A stretch of 63,928 bases of DNA, filler included, from 5 parts of 5 records of this genome joined end to end with filler, not necessarily neighbours in it; one strand, 5' to 3'; positions 42,847 to 52,444 are shown, counted from the whole stretch's first letter. The notes: generated from the letters alone by a model not told the origin. A program made the numbers and translations.

Positions 42847-43624
42847 TAATGCTTTCGTCCTCTCCCAGGTAAGCCTTCAGGACCTCCGGGTTCTTTTGTA
42901 CTTCCTCCGGGTTCCCTTCCATGATGGGTCTACCGAAGTTGATAACCAGGATCCTTTCGGAAATATCCATGACCATCTTCATGTCATGTTCAATGAGCAG
43001 AATGGTCACACCCAACTCATCCTGGATATCCTTGACCCAGAAAATCATGTCCTGTTTTTCTTCCGAATTCATTCCCGCACACGGTTCGTCCAGGAGAAGG
43101 AGTTCCGGTTCCAGAGCCAGGGCCCTGCCCAGTTCCACCTGTTTCTGGGTACCGTAGGGAAGCGCACCCACGAATTTGTTGCGCACGGACTGCAAGTCCA
43201 GCAGATCAATGATCTCCTCCACCTTATGCCGGTGCGAGATCTCTTCACGGCCCGCAAAGGAACGCCGGCCCCACATGAAAGACCCTCTGAAAAGCCCGGT
43301 CTTCATAAAATTGTGGCGGCCCGCCATGAGGTTTTCCATGGTACTCATATGGGAAAAGAGCTCAATATTCTGAAAAGTGCGCGCAATGCCCAGTTTGGCC
43401 ACACGGTCGGGCTTCTTTCCCTGGATCTCACTACCTTTAAAAAGAATACGGCCGCGATTGGGAGTATAAATGCCGTTGATGCAATTAAAGAGCGTGGTCT
43501 TTCCCGCGCCATTGGGGCCGATAATGGCAAAGATGGAACCCTTCCGAACCTGGAAGTTAATGTTTTCAAGAGCCACCAGGCCCCCGAATGATATGCCCAA
43601 ACCCTCAATTTTAAAGAAATCCAT
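42833..43624 (-). CDS. LivG-like ABC ATPase
   Basis: GPNGAGKTT, RTFQN, LPYG, LDEP, IEHDM, AYLG. Confidence 0.9.
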   Translation of the reverse strand: MDFFKIEGLGISFGGLVALENINFQVRKGSIFAIIGPNGAGKTTLFNCINGIYTPNRGRILFKGSEIQGKKPDRVAKLGIARTFQNIELFSHMSTMENLMAGRHNFMKTGLFRGSFMWGRRSFAGREEISHRHKVEEIIDLLDLQSVRNKFVGALPYGTQKQVELGRALALEPELLLLDEPCAGMNSEEKQDMIFWVKDIQDELGVTILLIEHDMKMVMDISERILVINFGRPIMEGNPEEVQKNPEVLKAYLGEDESINDAA

Positions 43625-43778
43625 ACGTCCGTTTCTCAAATACCGCCACCCGGGGTGACCGGCTTATTGATTCCCACGCTGGAGCGTGGGAACCAGGTGT
43701 ATACGTCCGTTTCTCAAATACTGCCATTCGGGATAGCCGGCTTATGGGTTCCCACGCGGGAGCGTGGGAACCGGTTGA
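43623..43778. repeat. Two tandem ~78-bp units, each carrying a REP-like palindrome
   Basis: Units start ATACGTCCGTTTCTCAAATAC at 43623 and 43701; TTCCCACGC-N4-GCGTGGGAA at 43671-43692 and 43749-43770. Confidence 0.8.
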
Positions 43779-43795
43779 AACGATGATTCAAATCT

Positions 43796-44992
43796 TTATT
43801 TAATTTCCGTCCAGTCGGTCAGTTTCTCATATTTTCCGCCTTTGAGACACTTGACCAGGAAAATTTCTTTCTGCCCCTGGCGGGTTGCATAGGGCTCCGC
43901 CAGGTCCAACGGCCCGTAGCTGATCTTTCCGCCGATCCCCTTGAAATTTTTGATGCCTTCCATCTCTTTCACCAGCCGTTCACGGGTCAAGTCTTTTCCG
44001 CATCGCTTGATCCCTTCCACCAATGGTTCTGCAAAGAGAATCCCCGCATAGAAAAACAAGCCCCACCGTTCACCCTTGGCGGCGTACTTTTCGTAGGCCT
44101 CTTTTTTGTATTTCTGGAGCAGGGGATCGTCCGAATCCGGCAGTTCCCCGAAGGTGGCGGCAATGACACCCTCCCACAGACCCTTGCTGATTTTGTACAT
44201 GAGGGGAAAATCGGAACAGGTACTGGTGCTCAACCACTGGGGACCGAATTTCATGGCCTTGCTGGTGCCCACGATACGTACGGCATGGGTGGGTGTCACC
44301 CACAATAAAACGGCATCGGCTTTGGCCTTTTTCAGTTTCATGACATGGGGCTTCATGTCCGTATCGGATTTTTCAACGGGAATCCGGGCCACCAGTTCCA
44401 GACCCATTTTCTCCAGGGCTTCAGCTGCGCCCTTCACACCATTTTTGCCGTAATCATCATTCTGATAGGCAATGGCAATGCGTTTTTTACCCATTTTTTC
44501 TACCGCATAGCGACAAAGGCCCTTGGCCTCGATGTAATAGAGGGGATAAACCGCAAAGAGGTACTTGCGGGGGGGCTCGATCCAGTGTAGCGATCCCGCG
44601 GAAGGCCCCACCCAGGGGATCTTCCGTTTCATGAGATAATCCACCACGGAAAGTCCGGGGGCCGTACCCACGCCGGACACCCAGGCGAACATGCCGGTCC
44701 CTTCCTGCAGCTCTTTAACACCCGCCTTGGTCTTGGCCGGGTTATAGCCATCGTCAAACATGTGATGGATCAGCTTTCTCCCGTGAATCCCCCCCTGTGC
44801 ATTAATCATCTTAAAGTAGGCATCGGTACCCCGGGCCACGGATCCCCATGGGGCGGCCGGTCCGGTCTGAGGCCCCCACTGACCGATATGGATTTCCGTA
44901 TCCGTTACCCCTTGCTCGGCGCCGGCCCCGAAGGCCATACCCAACACCATAAGAACCGCTGACAACCCCACCAGAAATCTTTTCATTTTCAT
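43796..44992 (-). CDS. LivK-like ABC substrate-binding protein
   Basis: QGVTDTEIHIG, INAQGGIHGRK, DDGYNP, YQNDDYG. Confidence 0.88.
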   Translation of the reverse strand: MKMKRFLVGLSAVLMVLGMAFGAGAEQGVTDTEIHIGQWGPQTGPAAPWGSVARGTDAYFKMINAQGGIHGRKLIHHMFDDGYNPAKTKAGVKELQEGTGMFAWVSGVGTAPGLSVVDYLMKRKIPWVGPSAGSLHWIEPPRKYLFAVYPLYYIEAKGLCRYAVEKMGKKRIAIAYQNDDYGKNGVKGAAEALEKMGLELVARIPVEKSDTDMKPHVMKLKKAKADAVLLWVTPTHAVRIVGTSKAMKFGPQWLSTSTCSDFPLMYKISKGLWEGVIAATFGELPDSDDPLLQKYKKEAYEKYAAKGERWGLFFYAGILFAEPLVEGIKRCGKDLTRERLVKEMEGIKNFKGIGGKISYGPLDLAEPYATRQGQKEIFLVKCLKGGKYEKLTDWTEIK

Positions 44993-45027
44993 GCCCTTCT
45001 CCTTTCCATTAATGATTGACGGTTAAC

Positions 45028-45903
45028 CTATACCTTCTTCACATAATGACGAGCAAAAAGCCCGGAAGGCTTTATGCACAAGACCAGAACAATAATGGCG
45101 AACGCTACAACGGATTTGAACTCAATGGACACATAGAGGCCGAACAGGTTCTCAATGATCCCGATAATATAGGCTCCGAAAACCGAACCCGGAAGGGATG
45201 TCATCCCTCCCATGACCGCGCCGGCAAACCCTTTCAACATGGGATCCCACATCATATACGGTTGCATGGTGGTGGGGGAAATCAGAAGGCCCGCCAAACA
45301 CCCGACCACCGAGGAAATCCCCCAGGTAACCATCAAAATACGGTTGGTCCGGATGCCCATGAGCCGAGCCGCCGTATTGTTCTGCTGGGTCGCTTTCATG
45401 GCCACCCCCAGCTTGGAATATTTCAGAAAAAGGAAAAGGACGGCCATTACGGTCAGGGCCACCACAAAGGTGAGCACTTCCAGGGCACTCACAAAGACCC
45501 CCCCCATTTCCACGCTATCGTAAGGGGACAGGGGAAAAGGCATGGTTTTGGGGTCGGCTCCGAACTTCCAGGAAACAAGCCCCATGAGGATCATCTCAAG
45601 GCCGATGGTAATGATAATCATCCCCAGGATATTGGGCTCCTTGGCACGCCTCAGAACGGCGAACTCCAGGAAAAAGCCGAGGAATGCCGCAAAAATCAGC
45701 GCTGAGGGAAAGGCCACATAGAAGGGGAAGCCATGATACTCCAGGACCATATAGGTCAGGAAACTGGCCACAAGGGCCATCTCACCCTGGGCAAAATTCA
45801 CCACCTCGGAAGTTTTGTAGATCAGCACCATGGCAAGTCCCATGAGGGCATAGGAGCTTCCCACGGCGATGCCACTGGCAATGGTTTGGATGAATTCGAG
45901 CAT
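45028..45903 (-). CDS. LivH-like ABC permease
   Basis: NFAQGE, GGMTS, KPSGLF. Confidence 0.9.
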   Translation of the reverse strand: MLEFIQTIASGIAVGSSYALMGLAMVLIYKTSEVVNFAQGEMALVASFLTYMVLEYHGFPFYVAFPSALIFAAFLGFFLEFAVLRRAKEPNILGMIIITIGLEMILMGLVSWKFGADPKTMPFPLSPYDSVEMGGVFVSALEVLTFVVALTVMAVLFLFLKYSKLGVAMKATQQNNTAARLMGIRTNRILMVTWGISSVVGCLAGLLISPTTMQPYMMWDPMLKGFAGAVMGGMTSLPGSVFGAYIIGIIENLFGLYVSIEFKSVVAFAIIVLVLCIKPSGLFARHYVKKV

Positions 45904-45952
45904 GATGAAAACCTCGGATGAAAGCGATTAACCTTGGATACAGACCGCTAAG

Positions 45953-45986
45953 AGCCATCAGCCATCAGCCATGAGCCATGAGCCAT
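45953..45986. repeat. Heptamer tandem repeat AGCCAT(C/G) x5
   Basis: agccatc agccatc agccatg agccatg agccat. Confidence 0.8.
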
Positions 45987-45987
45987 A

Positions 45988-47037
45988 TCAAAACGGCCAG
46001 GTGCGCCAGTAAATCTTGGTTCGAATCCAGAACCCGTAGATCCCCAAGGGTTCGAAAAGCATGATCAAAACCATGATAAGACCATAAATAATGAACTGGA
46101 TATTGCTCACCCCCGTGATGGAAAAATAGTCCTTGGAGAGAGCCTCCAGCCACTGGCCCAGGTAGGGGATACTCAGGATATTGCGCAGTTCCAGATCGAG
46201 CCAGCTCAACAGGCAGGCCCCCGCGATGGCGCCGAAGATGGAGCCCAGCCCCCCCACCACCACCATTCCCAGGAAGATGATGGACATCATCAAACCGAAC
46301 ATTTCAGGCTCGATGAAACGGAGGACAAAAGCGTATAACCCGCCCGCAACACCCGCGTAAAAAGCGCTCACCGCGAACGCCAGCGTCTTGTAATAGGTCA
46401 GGTTCACGCCCATGGTTTCAGCAGCGATATCCGCTTCGCGGATGGCGATAAAGGCGCGTCCAACTTTGGTTTTAATGAGATTTCGTGCCGCAAGCACCAA
46501 AATGATGGTGATGACCATCAGCAGATAGTAAAAATGAAGGTCCGATTCCAGGTGCCAGGGACCGATGGTGAGCGGCGGGGTATGGAGCCCCTGTCTTCCG
46601 CCGAAAAAATCAACCCGCCCGATCACCTGGGTAATGGTGAGTCCAAACCCCAGGGTGGCAATGGAAAGATAGGGTCCTTCAAGCCTAAGCGCCGGAATGC
46701 CCAGAAGAAAGCCGAAAAGAGCTGCCACCAGGCCGCCGGCAGGGAGGGCCAGCAGAAAGGGAAGATGTGCTTTGGCCATGAAAACCACGGTACCGTAAGC
46801 ACCGATGGCAAAAAAACCCGCATGACCCAGGGAGATCTGCCCGGTATATCCCACCAGAAGATTCAATCCCACGGCCACGATAATATTGATGGCCATATAG
46901 TTGGCCATATACACGTAGTAATTCTTCACAAAAAACGGAAATAGCCCCAGACACAGCATCAGGGCCGCAAACCAGAACACCACCACCCCTGATGAAAAGA
47001 GTTGCACATCCTCGTAATAGTCCCTTTTCATATCCAT
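45988..47037 (-). CDS. LivM-like ABC permease
   Basis: GQISLGH, RLEGPYLSIATL, GRAFIAIR, GGLGS. Confidence 0.9.
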   Translation of the reverse strand: MDMKRDYYEDVQLFSSGVVVFWFAALMLCLGLFPFFVKNYYVYMANYMAINIIVAVGLNLLVGYTGQISLGHAGFFAIGAYGTVVFMAKAHLPFLLALPAGGLVAALFGFLLGIPALRLEGPYLSIATLGFGLTITQVIGRVDFFGGRQGLHTPPLTIGPWHLESDLHFYYLLMVITIILVLAARNLIKTKVGRAFIAIREADIAAETMGVNLTYYKTLAFAVSAFYAGVAGGLYAFVLRFIEPEMFGLMMSIIFLGMVVVGGLGSIFGAIAGACLLSWLDLELRNILSIPYLGQWLEALSKDYFSITGVSNIQFIIYGLIMVLIMLFEPLGIYGFWIRTKIYWRTWPF

Positions 47038-47078
47038 GGATAGAATCTCCCAACCGATTGCGAATTGCGATCTTTGGC

Positions 47079-47450
47079 TTACTTCCGATCCGTTTTGTCA
47101 AGCACTTTCCGGTAATAGACTTCAGACTCGCCCAAAAGCGGGGAACCTTTGCCCATCATATTCAATTGCATGATTTTATAATTGATCTTTTTGATATGTC
47201 GGAATTTTTCTTTTTCGTCAGGGATGTGGTCCAGCATGTCCTCCATGGTCCGGATCTCTTTTCTGAGCTGGAGTTCGGGGGGAAGACAGTCTGCGTTTCT
47301 CAAAATCTTATAGGTCAGTCGAAGCTCTTCCGGAATATTACTGTCATCTTCAAGATCAATGGGTTTCCCTTTTCCCGGAAGGTTATCGAAATCCCCGTTT
47401 TCCTGGGCATCTTGAATCCGTTTTTCGATAATTTTTTGGAATGCAAACAT
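47079..47450 (-). CDS. DUF1992 protein
   Basis: GDFDNLPGKGKP, ILRNADCLPPE. Confidence 0.85.
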   Translation of the reverse strand: MFAFQKIIEKRIQDAQENGDFDNLPGKGKPIDLEDDSNIPEELRLTYKILRNADCLPPELQLRKEIRTMEDMLDHIPDEKEKFRHIKKINYKIMQLNMMGKGSPLLGESEVYYRKVLDKTDRK

Positions 47451-47829
47451 GTTTCCGATACCTTGTTCAGGTGTGAATTGTTCTGTTTATATATGATCGA
47501 CCCTGCGAATTCAAGATAAATTCTTATGCGCCACATGCTTTGGAAAATCCTTTCCGGGATGGGTTATGGAAGACCTGGGGGTGCGCTGGCCGGCCAACTT
47601 ATTGAGATGCTGATGCCCCAACCGACGGCCGGCAAATACGGAATGTGCGGATAACAGGCATGTGAATGACATGGTATCGTCAATTTGCTGAAATATGCTG
47701 ATTTTCTGCACCCTGTGAACAACTACAATAACGTGATCCGCTTGACAGTTTGAATGTTTTTCAGTAGCTTCCTTTCCAATCGGCGTAAGACGGCAAACAG
47801 GCAATGCGCGAACAAACAGGAAAGAGAAC

Positions 47830-47994
47830 ATGTTATCAACCGCAAAACCCGTTTATCACGCTTTCGGGTTGAATATCCGTTCATGGCGTAAAGAGCTGAC
47901 GGCGAAGCAGGTTGAGCGCGTAGTAAATGATCATGGAAGGGTAATGCGCCGCTTCGGCTATCCGGATACGAACGGCGAGGGCGATTTAAAATGA
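47830..47994 (+). pseudogene. 54-aa chimeric remnant: lasso-kinase N-terminus fused to sulfotransferase C-terminus
   Basis: Own translation MLSTAKPVYHAFGLNIRS-WRKELTAKQVERVVNDHGRVMRRFGYPDTNGEGDLK*; AGGAAAG RBS; stop overlaps the B2 start (ATGA). Confidence 0.6.
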
Positions 47995-48434
47995 ACACCA
48001 TCACTCTTGCGGCACAATATTTCAGAAAACCCCTTTCCGAAAAAACCCTTTACCTCGAGGCCGCGTTTTGGCTCGGAATCTCAAGACTTGCCATCCTGAT
48101 TGCGCCTTTCAGATGGATTGCGCCTCTCTTGGGGACTCACATGGCAAGTACCGACAAAAATGACGAAAACGGAGACAGAGAAATCGCCATATCCGTGTCC
48201 CGCGCCATACGGACCATGAGCCGTCATCTCCCCTGGGAATGCAAGTGCCTGGCACAGGCCGTTTCCGGCAAGATGATGCTGGGCCGGAGGAAAATCCCCA
48301 CTACCCTTTACTTGGGCGTCGGTAAAAAGGAGGACGGCGATCTGGAGGCCCATGCATGGCTCCGGACGGGGGATAATATTATCCTTGGGGACGGTGGCCT
48401 GGAACGGTTTGCCGTGGTGTCGACCTTTGCCTGA
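47991..48434 (+). CDS. Lasso peptide B2 leader peptidase (transglutaminase-like)
   Basis: CLAQA, LYLGV and AHAWL (Cys/His catalytic motifs); LEA start motif. Confidence 0.88.
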   Translation: MNTITLAAQYFRKPLSEKTLYLEAAFWLGISRLAILIAPFRWIAPLLGTHMASTDKNDENGDREIAISVSRAIRTMSRHLPWECKCLAQAVSGKMMLGRRKIPTTLYLGVGKKEDGDLEAHAWLRTGDNIILGDGGLERFAVVSTFA

Positions 48435-48623
48435 GGAAAAGGGCGGACCTTGTCCGAAGGCGGACAAGAAACAAATCAAGCAAAAACGTCCGTCGCGTTT
48501 TCGGCGCGGCCGGGAATTCGCATACCGCAATACCCCGGGTCGCGGTCTGCCCCATGGCGTCGTGAGCCGGTGGCGCTTTTTCACCCTTGTCCCTCCCTCA
48601 TAGATTTATGCGTTTGGCCCCGG

Positions 48624-48800
48624 CTAACTCGGCCCAATATAAGTCTCTACCTCGCTAGGTGCGGGCTGTGGTTTCCCCCCCGTATGGTCCGTTAATAACC
48701 TTCTGCAAATTGGTGCGTGCCACTCATCGCGCGCATCCTCTTTACTATCTTTTATCGTCCTGGGGCTTCTTGTTTTGTCGGTTTCCTCGTTCATTTTCAT
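48624..48800 (-). CDS. Lasso peptide precursor (58 aa)
   Basis: GGAGG RBS 5 nt before ATG; WHAPxxxxL leader motif, Thr(-2), core G1..E9, C-terminal GPS. Confidence 0.75.
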   Translation of the reverse strand: MKMNEETDKTRSPRTIKDSKEDARDEWHAPICRRLLTDHTGGKPQPAPSEVETYIGPS

Positions 48801-48814
48801 GATATCCTCCCTAT

Positions 48815-49545
48815 GCTGGGGCTCCAACTCGCTGTTGGCAAAGGCAAAGGTATGGAAGTTGGTCAAAGGCTGCTCAAAAAACCTGGCCCCATAGGCGGTG
48901 ATGGTGGAAGAATCAATGCCGCCGCTCAACTCGGAACCGAGTGGATAGGTGGTATTCAGCCGGCACTTGACGGCCGTTTCAAGCTGTTCCCGGTAGGCAT
49001 CCACATATTCGCGGGAATCTTTCAGTTTCAGTGCCGGTTCGGACGACAGCTCAAAATATTGCCGCAGATGGTGATTTTCCGGTGTGACAATGAGCGTGTG
49101 AGCAGGCTGGAGTTTATGGATATTTTCATAAGGTGTCCCGTCAAAACTCATGGACAAATGGGTCAGGTAGTCCGCCATCCATTGCGTGCGTATTTGAATG
49201 GGCAGTTCCTTGAGGTGAATCAACGCACTGAGACCGGTTGCGCAGAAAAACCGTTCATCAGACAGATAATAGTAAAACGGCCGGACCCCCATGTGATCCC
49301 TGCCGCAAAATATCTTCCGCTTTTTCCCATCGTAAACAACAAAGACGAAATCCCCGATCAGATGATCGACGCAATCTTCCGACCATTTCAGGTAGCATTT
49401 CAGGATGAGTTCGGAGTCGAGGATACGCTCCGCCTCCGACCCGGAGATGTCGAGCTTGTGAGCCAATTCCTCCCGGTTATCGATCCTGGCCCAGGAAGCC
49501 ATACCGATCTTCCTAGAGTTGATCGACTGCGCCTCGGCGCGGATG
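48815..49545 (-). pseudogene. Lasso cyclase / asparagine synthetase fragment (both ends missing)
   Basis: RIDNREEL, GDFVF, RDHMGVRPFYY, ELSGGIDSS; lacks most of the synthetase domain and reads in frame into the precursor. Confidence 0.8.
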
Positions 49546-49933
49546 GTATGGCATGATGTGTTCGAGGAAAACCTTTCCGGCCAAGATGGCGGAGAGGCCG
49601 AATACGGGCTTTCAGGTTTCAAACAACACATTATACGGAAGGCGACCGGCATGGTCGGCGGCCTGGCCGGAAAAACGGGCCGGCGCACACGCGGCGGAAG
49701 CGGTTTTCAGGAATCCCGAAGATCCGTTCATGGCCATATGCTGCGGCTACGGGCTGATCTTGACGGGCGAGTTCGATACGGGTATGGGGATCATGCATTC
49801 CTGTATTGATTTGACCCCATCTCTGATACCGAAACACTACCACCTGCCCCTGTTTTTAGTCGCTCTTCATGGCGCCCAATATGAAAAGGCCCTGAACGAG
49901 GCGGCGCTCTTCAATATCCATCGATCCGGTTGA
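49540..49933 (+). pseudogene. Remnants of a TolB-like/TPR regulatory protein
   Basis: Fragments in two frames (VWHDVFEE..; NPEDPF..GYGLILTGEFDTG..TPR-like). Confidence 0.35.
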
Positions 49934-49976
49934 ATCAATTGACTTCGAAAGCCGATCGAGTTCACCCCTTTTTTCG

Positions 49977-50019
49977 TTGACGAGCATAAGGAATCGCGCT
50001 ATGTTTGTTACAGCGTAAC
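49977..50019 (+). promoter_or_regulatory. TA promoter with operator palindrome
   Basis: TTGACG-17 nt-TATGTT, then GTTAC-AGC-GTAAC (50007-50019). Confidence 0.55.
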
Positions 50020-50046
50020 CTTTAAAAGAAGAAAGGAGGCATTGTC

Positions 50047-50292
50047 ATGCAGATGAACGTATCCGTCACACCCGAACTTTATGAACTTGTTCAACGGAAG
50101 GTTCAATCCGGTCTCTACGGAAATGCCAGCGAAGTGGTCCGGGACGCCCTTCGACGTATGGATGAACGTGCCATCGTTGACGCTGCCTGGAGCGAGTTGA
50201 ATGACACCCTGGAAAAATCTGTGGCAAGCGGCCGAAGCACGCACTCGGTCAGTGATGTAATCTCACGGGCGAGCCGCGGGAATAACAAATGA
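50047..50292 (+). CDS. parD: ParD-family RHH antitoxin
   Basis: MNVSVT..VQSGLYGNASEVVRDALR; strong RBS; overlaps the toxin start. Confidence 0.88.
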   Translation: MQMNVSVTPELYELVQRKVQSGLYGNASEVVRDALRRMDERAIVDAAWSELNDTLEKSVASGRSTHSVSDVISRASRGNNK

Positions 50293-50597
50293 ATTCAGGT
50301 CGATATTGGCTAACCCGGTCGGCTGAGAATGATTTGGCCGATATTGCGAAGTACACGATCGAAACCTGGGGCGAAAAGCAACTGGAAATTTACCGATATC
50401 GTCTCGAAAAGCGACTGGCTTTGTTGGTTGAGTTCCCCGAACTGGGGAGAAACCATCCAATGCTGCATAGCGATTTCCGGTACGTGGTGGAAGGCAAGCA
50501 TTATATTTTCTATCGCCGTGTCGACACCGACATAGAGGTTTTGAGGTTTCTGCACTGTCGTTCCGACATCATCAGCAAACTCTCCGCTTATCTCTGA
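50289..50597 (+). CDS. parE: ParE/RelE toxin
   Basis: LTRSAENDL, YTIETWGEKQ, PELGR, HYIFYR, LRFLH. Confidence 0.88.
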   Translation: MNSGRYWLTRSAENDLADIAKYTIETWGEKQLEIYRYRLEKRLALLVEFPELGRNHPMLHSDFRYVVEGKHYIFYRRVDTDIEVLRFLHCRSDIISKLSAYL

Positions 50598-50862
50598 CGA
50601 CCTCTATCCGAAATTCATTGAATATCAGAATGGAAGGTTTCGTTTGAAATGGAATCGCACCCTATTCTCAGCAACCTCCCCCTGGAACTTCGATTCATCC
50701 TCTCCTGCCTCAGGGCATCTGCCGGCGCCGGATGTTCTCTTTCCCTAGCTCACCTTCAAAAAAAGCCTGCACATCACTTTTCACTTGTTTAACAAGGCGG
50801 GCAATAGTACCAGTATAAATTTGAGGGTATCGGCGCCAACATAATGAAGAGGAGAGAATTTC

Positions 50863-51450
50863 ATGGATTTCATCATTGAAAAGGGGTTGGCTCAACTCCG
50901 CAGCATCCCCTTCTATCCCGTCATCCAGTCCAAAAGCAAATATGAACTCATCGACATGGTCCTGACGGTCATGGGCGTGGCCTTTGAAGAGGTATCCAAA
51001 CGCGCCCCTGATTTGAAACGGGAGATTTCAGCTTGGAATGACGGCAGAAGGTGTTCACTGGGCGTACTCCCCAAGGGGCCCCATATGACCCTGGAAAAAA
51101 GGGAGGATCGTATTCACTACCTGGGAAAAAAAAGACTTGATCCTCATATGACATTCCTTTTCAAAAACCTGGATTCGGCGGTACTGGTACTGACGGCCCA
51201 GATGAGTGCCCACCAGGCCCTGGCCGAAAGCCGAATTCTACTGGATGGCCAGGTTTCCTACGGCATGGAATTGAACCGGGCCCTGGCCATGGTGGAAACC
51301 TATCTGTTTCCCCGGTTCATATTGAATAAGATTTTCAAACGGCCACCCAACCTCAATGCTTATCAGCTGGTGACCAAAGGGATCGTTTACGCAGCCATGG
51401 GTCCGGCGCTTTTAAAAAACGGCCTCAAATGCGCCATCAATAAACAGTAG
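50863..51450 (+). CDS. Hypothetical protein (SCP2-like possible)
   Basis: GAGGAG RBS; same strand directly upstream of the Fe-ADH. Confidence 0.6.
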   Translation: MDFIIEKGLAQLRSIPFYPVIQSKSKYELIDMVLTVMGVAFEEVSKRAPDLKREISAWNDGRRCSLGVLPKGPHMTLEKREDRIHYLGKKRLDPHMTFLFKNLDSAVLVLTAQMSAHQALAESRILLDGQVSYGMELNRALAMVETYLFPRFILNKIFKRPPNLNAYQLVTKGIVYAAMGPALLKNGLKCAINKQ

Positions 51451-51461
51451 GAGGAGATATC

Positions 51462-52053
51462 ATGCTGCCCAATTATTACCAATTCTATTGTCCCGTCAAA
51501 ATCCTTTCAGGCCAATTGGCCATCAGCAATATCCCTTTTGAAATGACGCTTCTGGGCTGCAAAAGGGCCATGATTGTCACCGATAAAGGCGTGGTCAAAG
51601 CCGGGCTTACTGATATTGTCAAATCGGCCTTTGCGGATTCCGATGTGAAAATCGGCCGCATTTTTGATGAGGTACCCCGGGATTCAAGCGACAAGGTCGC
51701 CAACCGCATTGCGCGGATGTTCAAAACCGAGCGGTGCGACTGCTTTATCGCCGTGGGCGGCGGGAGTGCCCTGGATTCGGCCAAGGGCGCCAATATTGTC
51801 CTTTCCGCGGACTCCGGCAATATCCTCGATTTTCAAGGGGCCGACAAAATTACCAGCGACCTGAAACCCCTCATTGCCGTCCCCACCACAGCGGGTACGG
51901 GGAGTGAAGTGACGAAAGTGGCGGTGATTTACAATGAAACCACGGAAACCAAAATGAGTTTTGTCTCCGACAAGCTCTACCCCGACCTGGCCGTTATCGA
52001 TCCCCGAATGACCCTGACCATGCCCCCCATGATTACGGCCGCCACCGGCATGG
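51462..52053 (+). CDS. Iron-containing alcohol dehydrogenase (3' truncated)
   Basis: AVGGGS, PTTAGTGSE, TAATGM. Confidence 0.9.
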
Positions 52054-52153
52054 NNNNNNNNNNNNNNNNNNNNNNNNNNNNNNNNNNNNNNNNNNNNTTA
52101 ATTAATTAANNNNNNNNNNNNNNNNNNNNNNNNNNNNNNNNNNNNNNNNNNNN
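52054..52153. other. Artificial contig linker
   Basis: 44 N + TTAATTAATTAA + 44 N. Confidence 0.97.
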
Positions 52154-52444
52154 GGACTTGTGTCCCAGATGGGCCAGTCCCTCACAGAGGCCAATGGTTG
52201 TGGTGGTTTTTCCTTCCCCCAGGGGGGTGGGAGTGATGGCTGTTACATCGATATATTTTCCCGCAGATTTCTTCTCCAGCTCCTCCAGAGCGGAAAGGCG
52301 GATCTTGGCCTTATCATGTCCGTAGGGGATAAGTGAAGATTCATCCAGACCATAGCGGCCTGCGACTTCGGCGATAGGCCTTACTTCTGCGGACTGGGCA
52401 ATCTCAAGATCGGAAGGTACGGGAGAAACACGGGATACGGACAT
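52154..52444 (-). CDS. fhs: Formate--tetrahydrofolate ligase (3' truncated)
   Basis: SDLEIAQ, YGHDKAK, TAITPTPLGEGKTTTTIGL. Confidence 0.92.

Noticed and set aside
43623-43778. Mini CRISPR array
   Set aside because: Whole units are duplicated, with no unique spacer; unrelated to the I-G repeat
48624-49688. 354-aa ORF as an intact asparagine synthetase
   Set aside because: No N-terminal Cys, most of the synthetase domain is missing, and the tail is a separate precursor with its own RBS
50047-50597. Functional link between parDE or lasso genes and the CRISPR locus
   Set aside because: Different contigs separated by linkers
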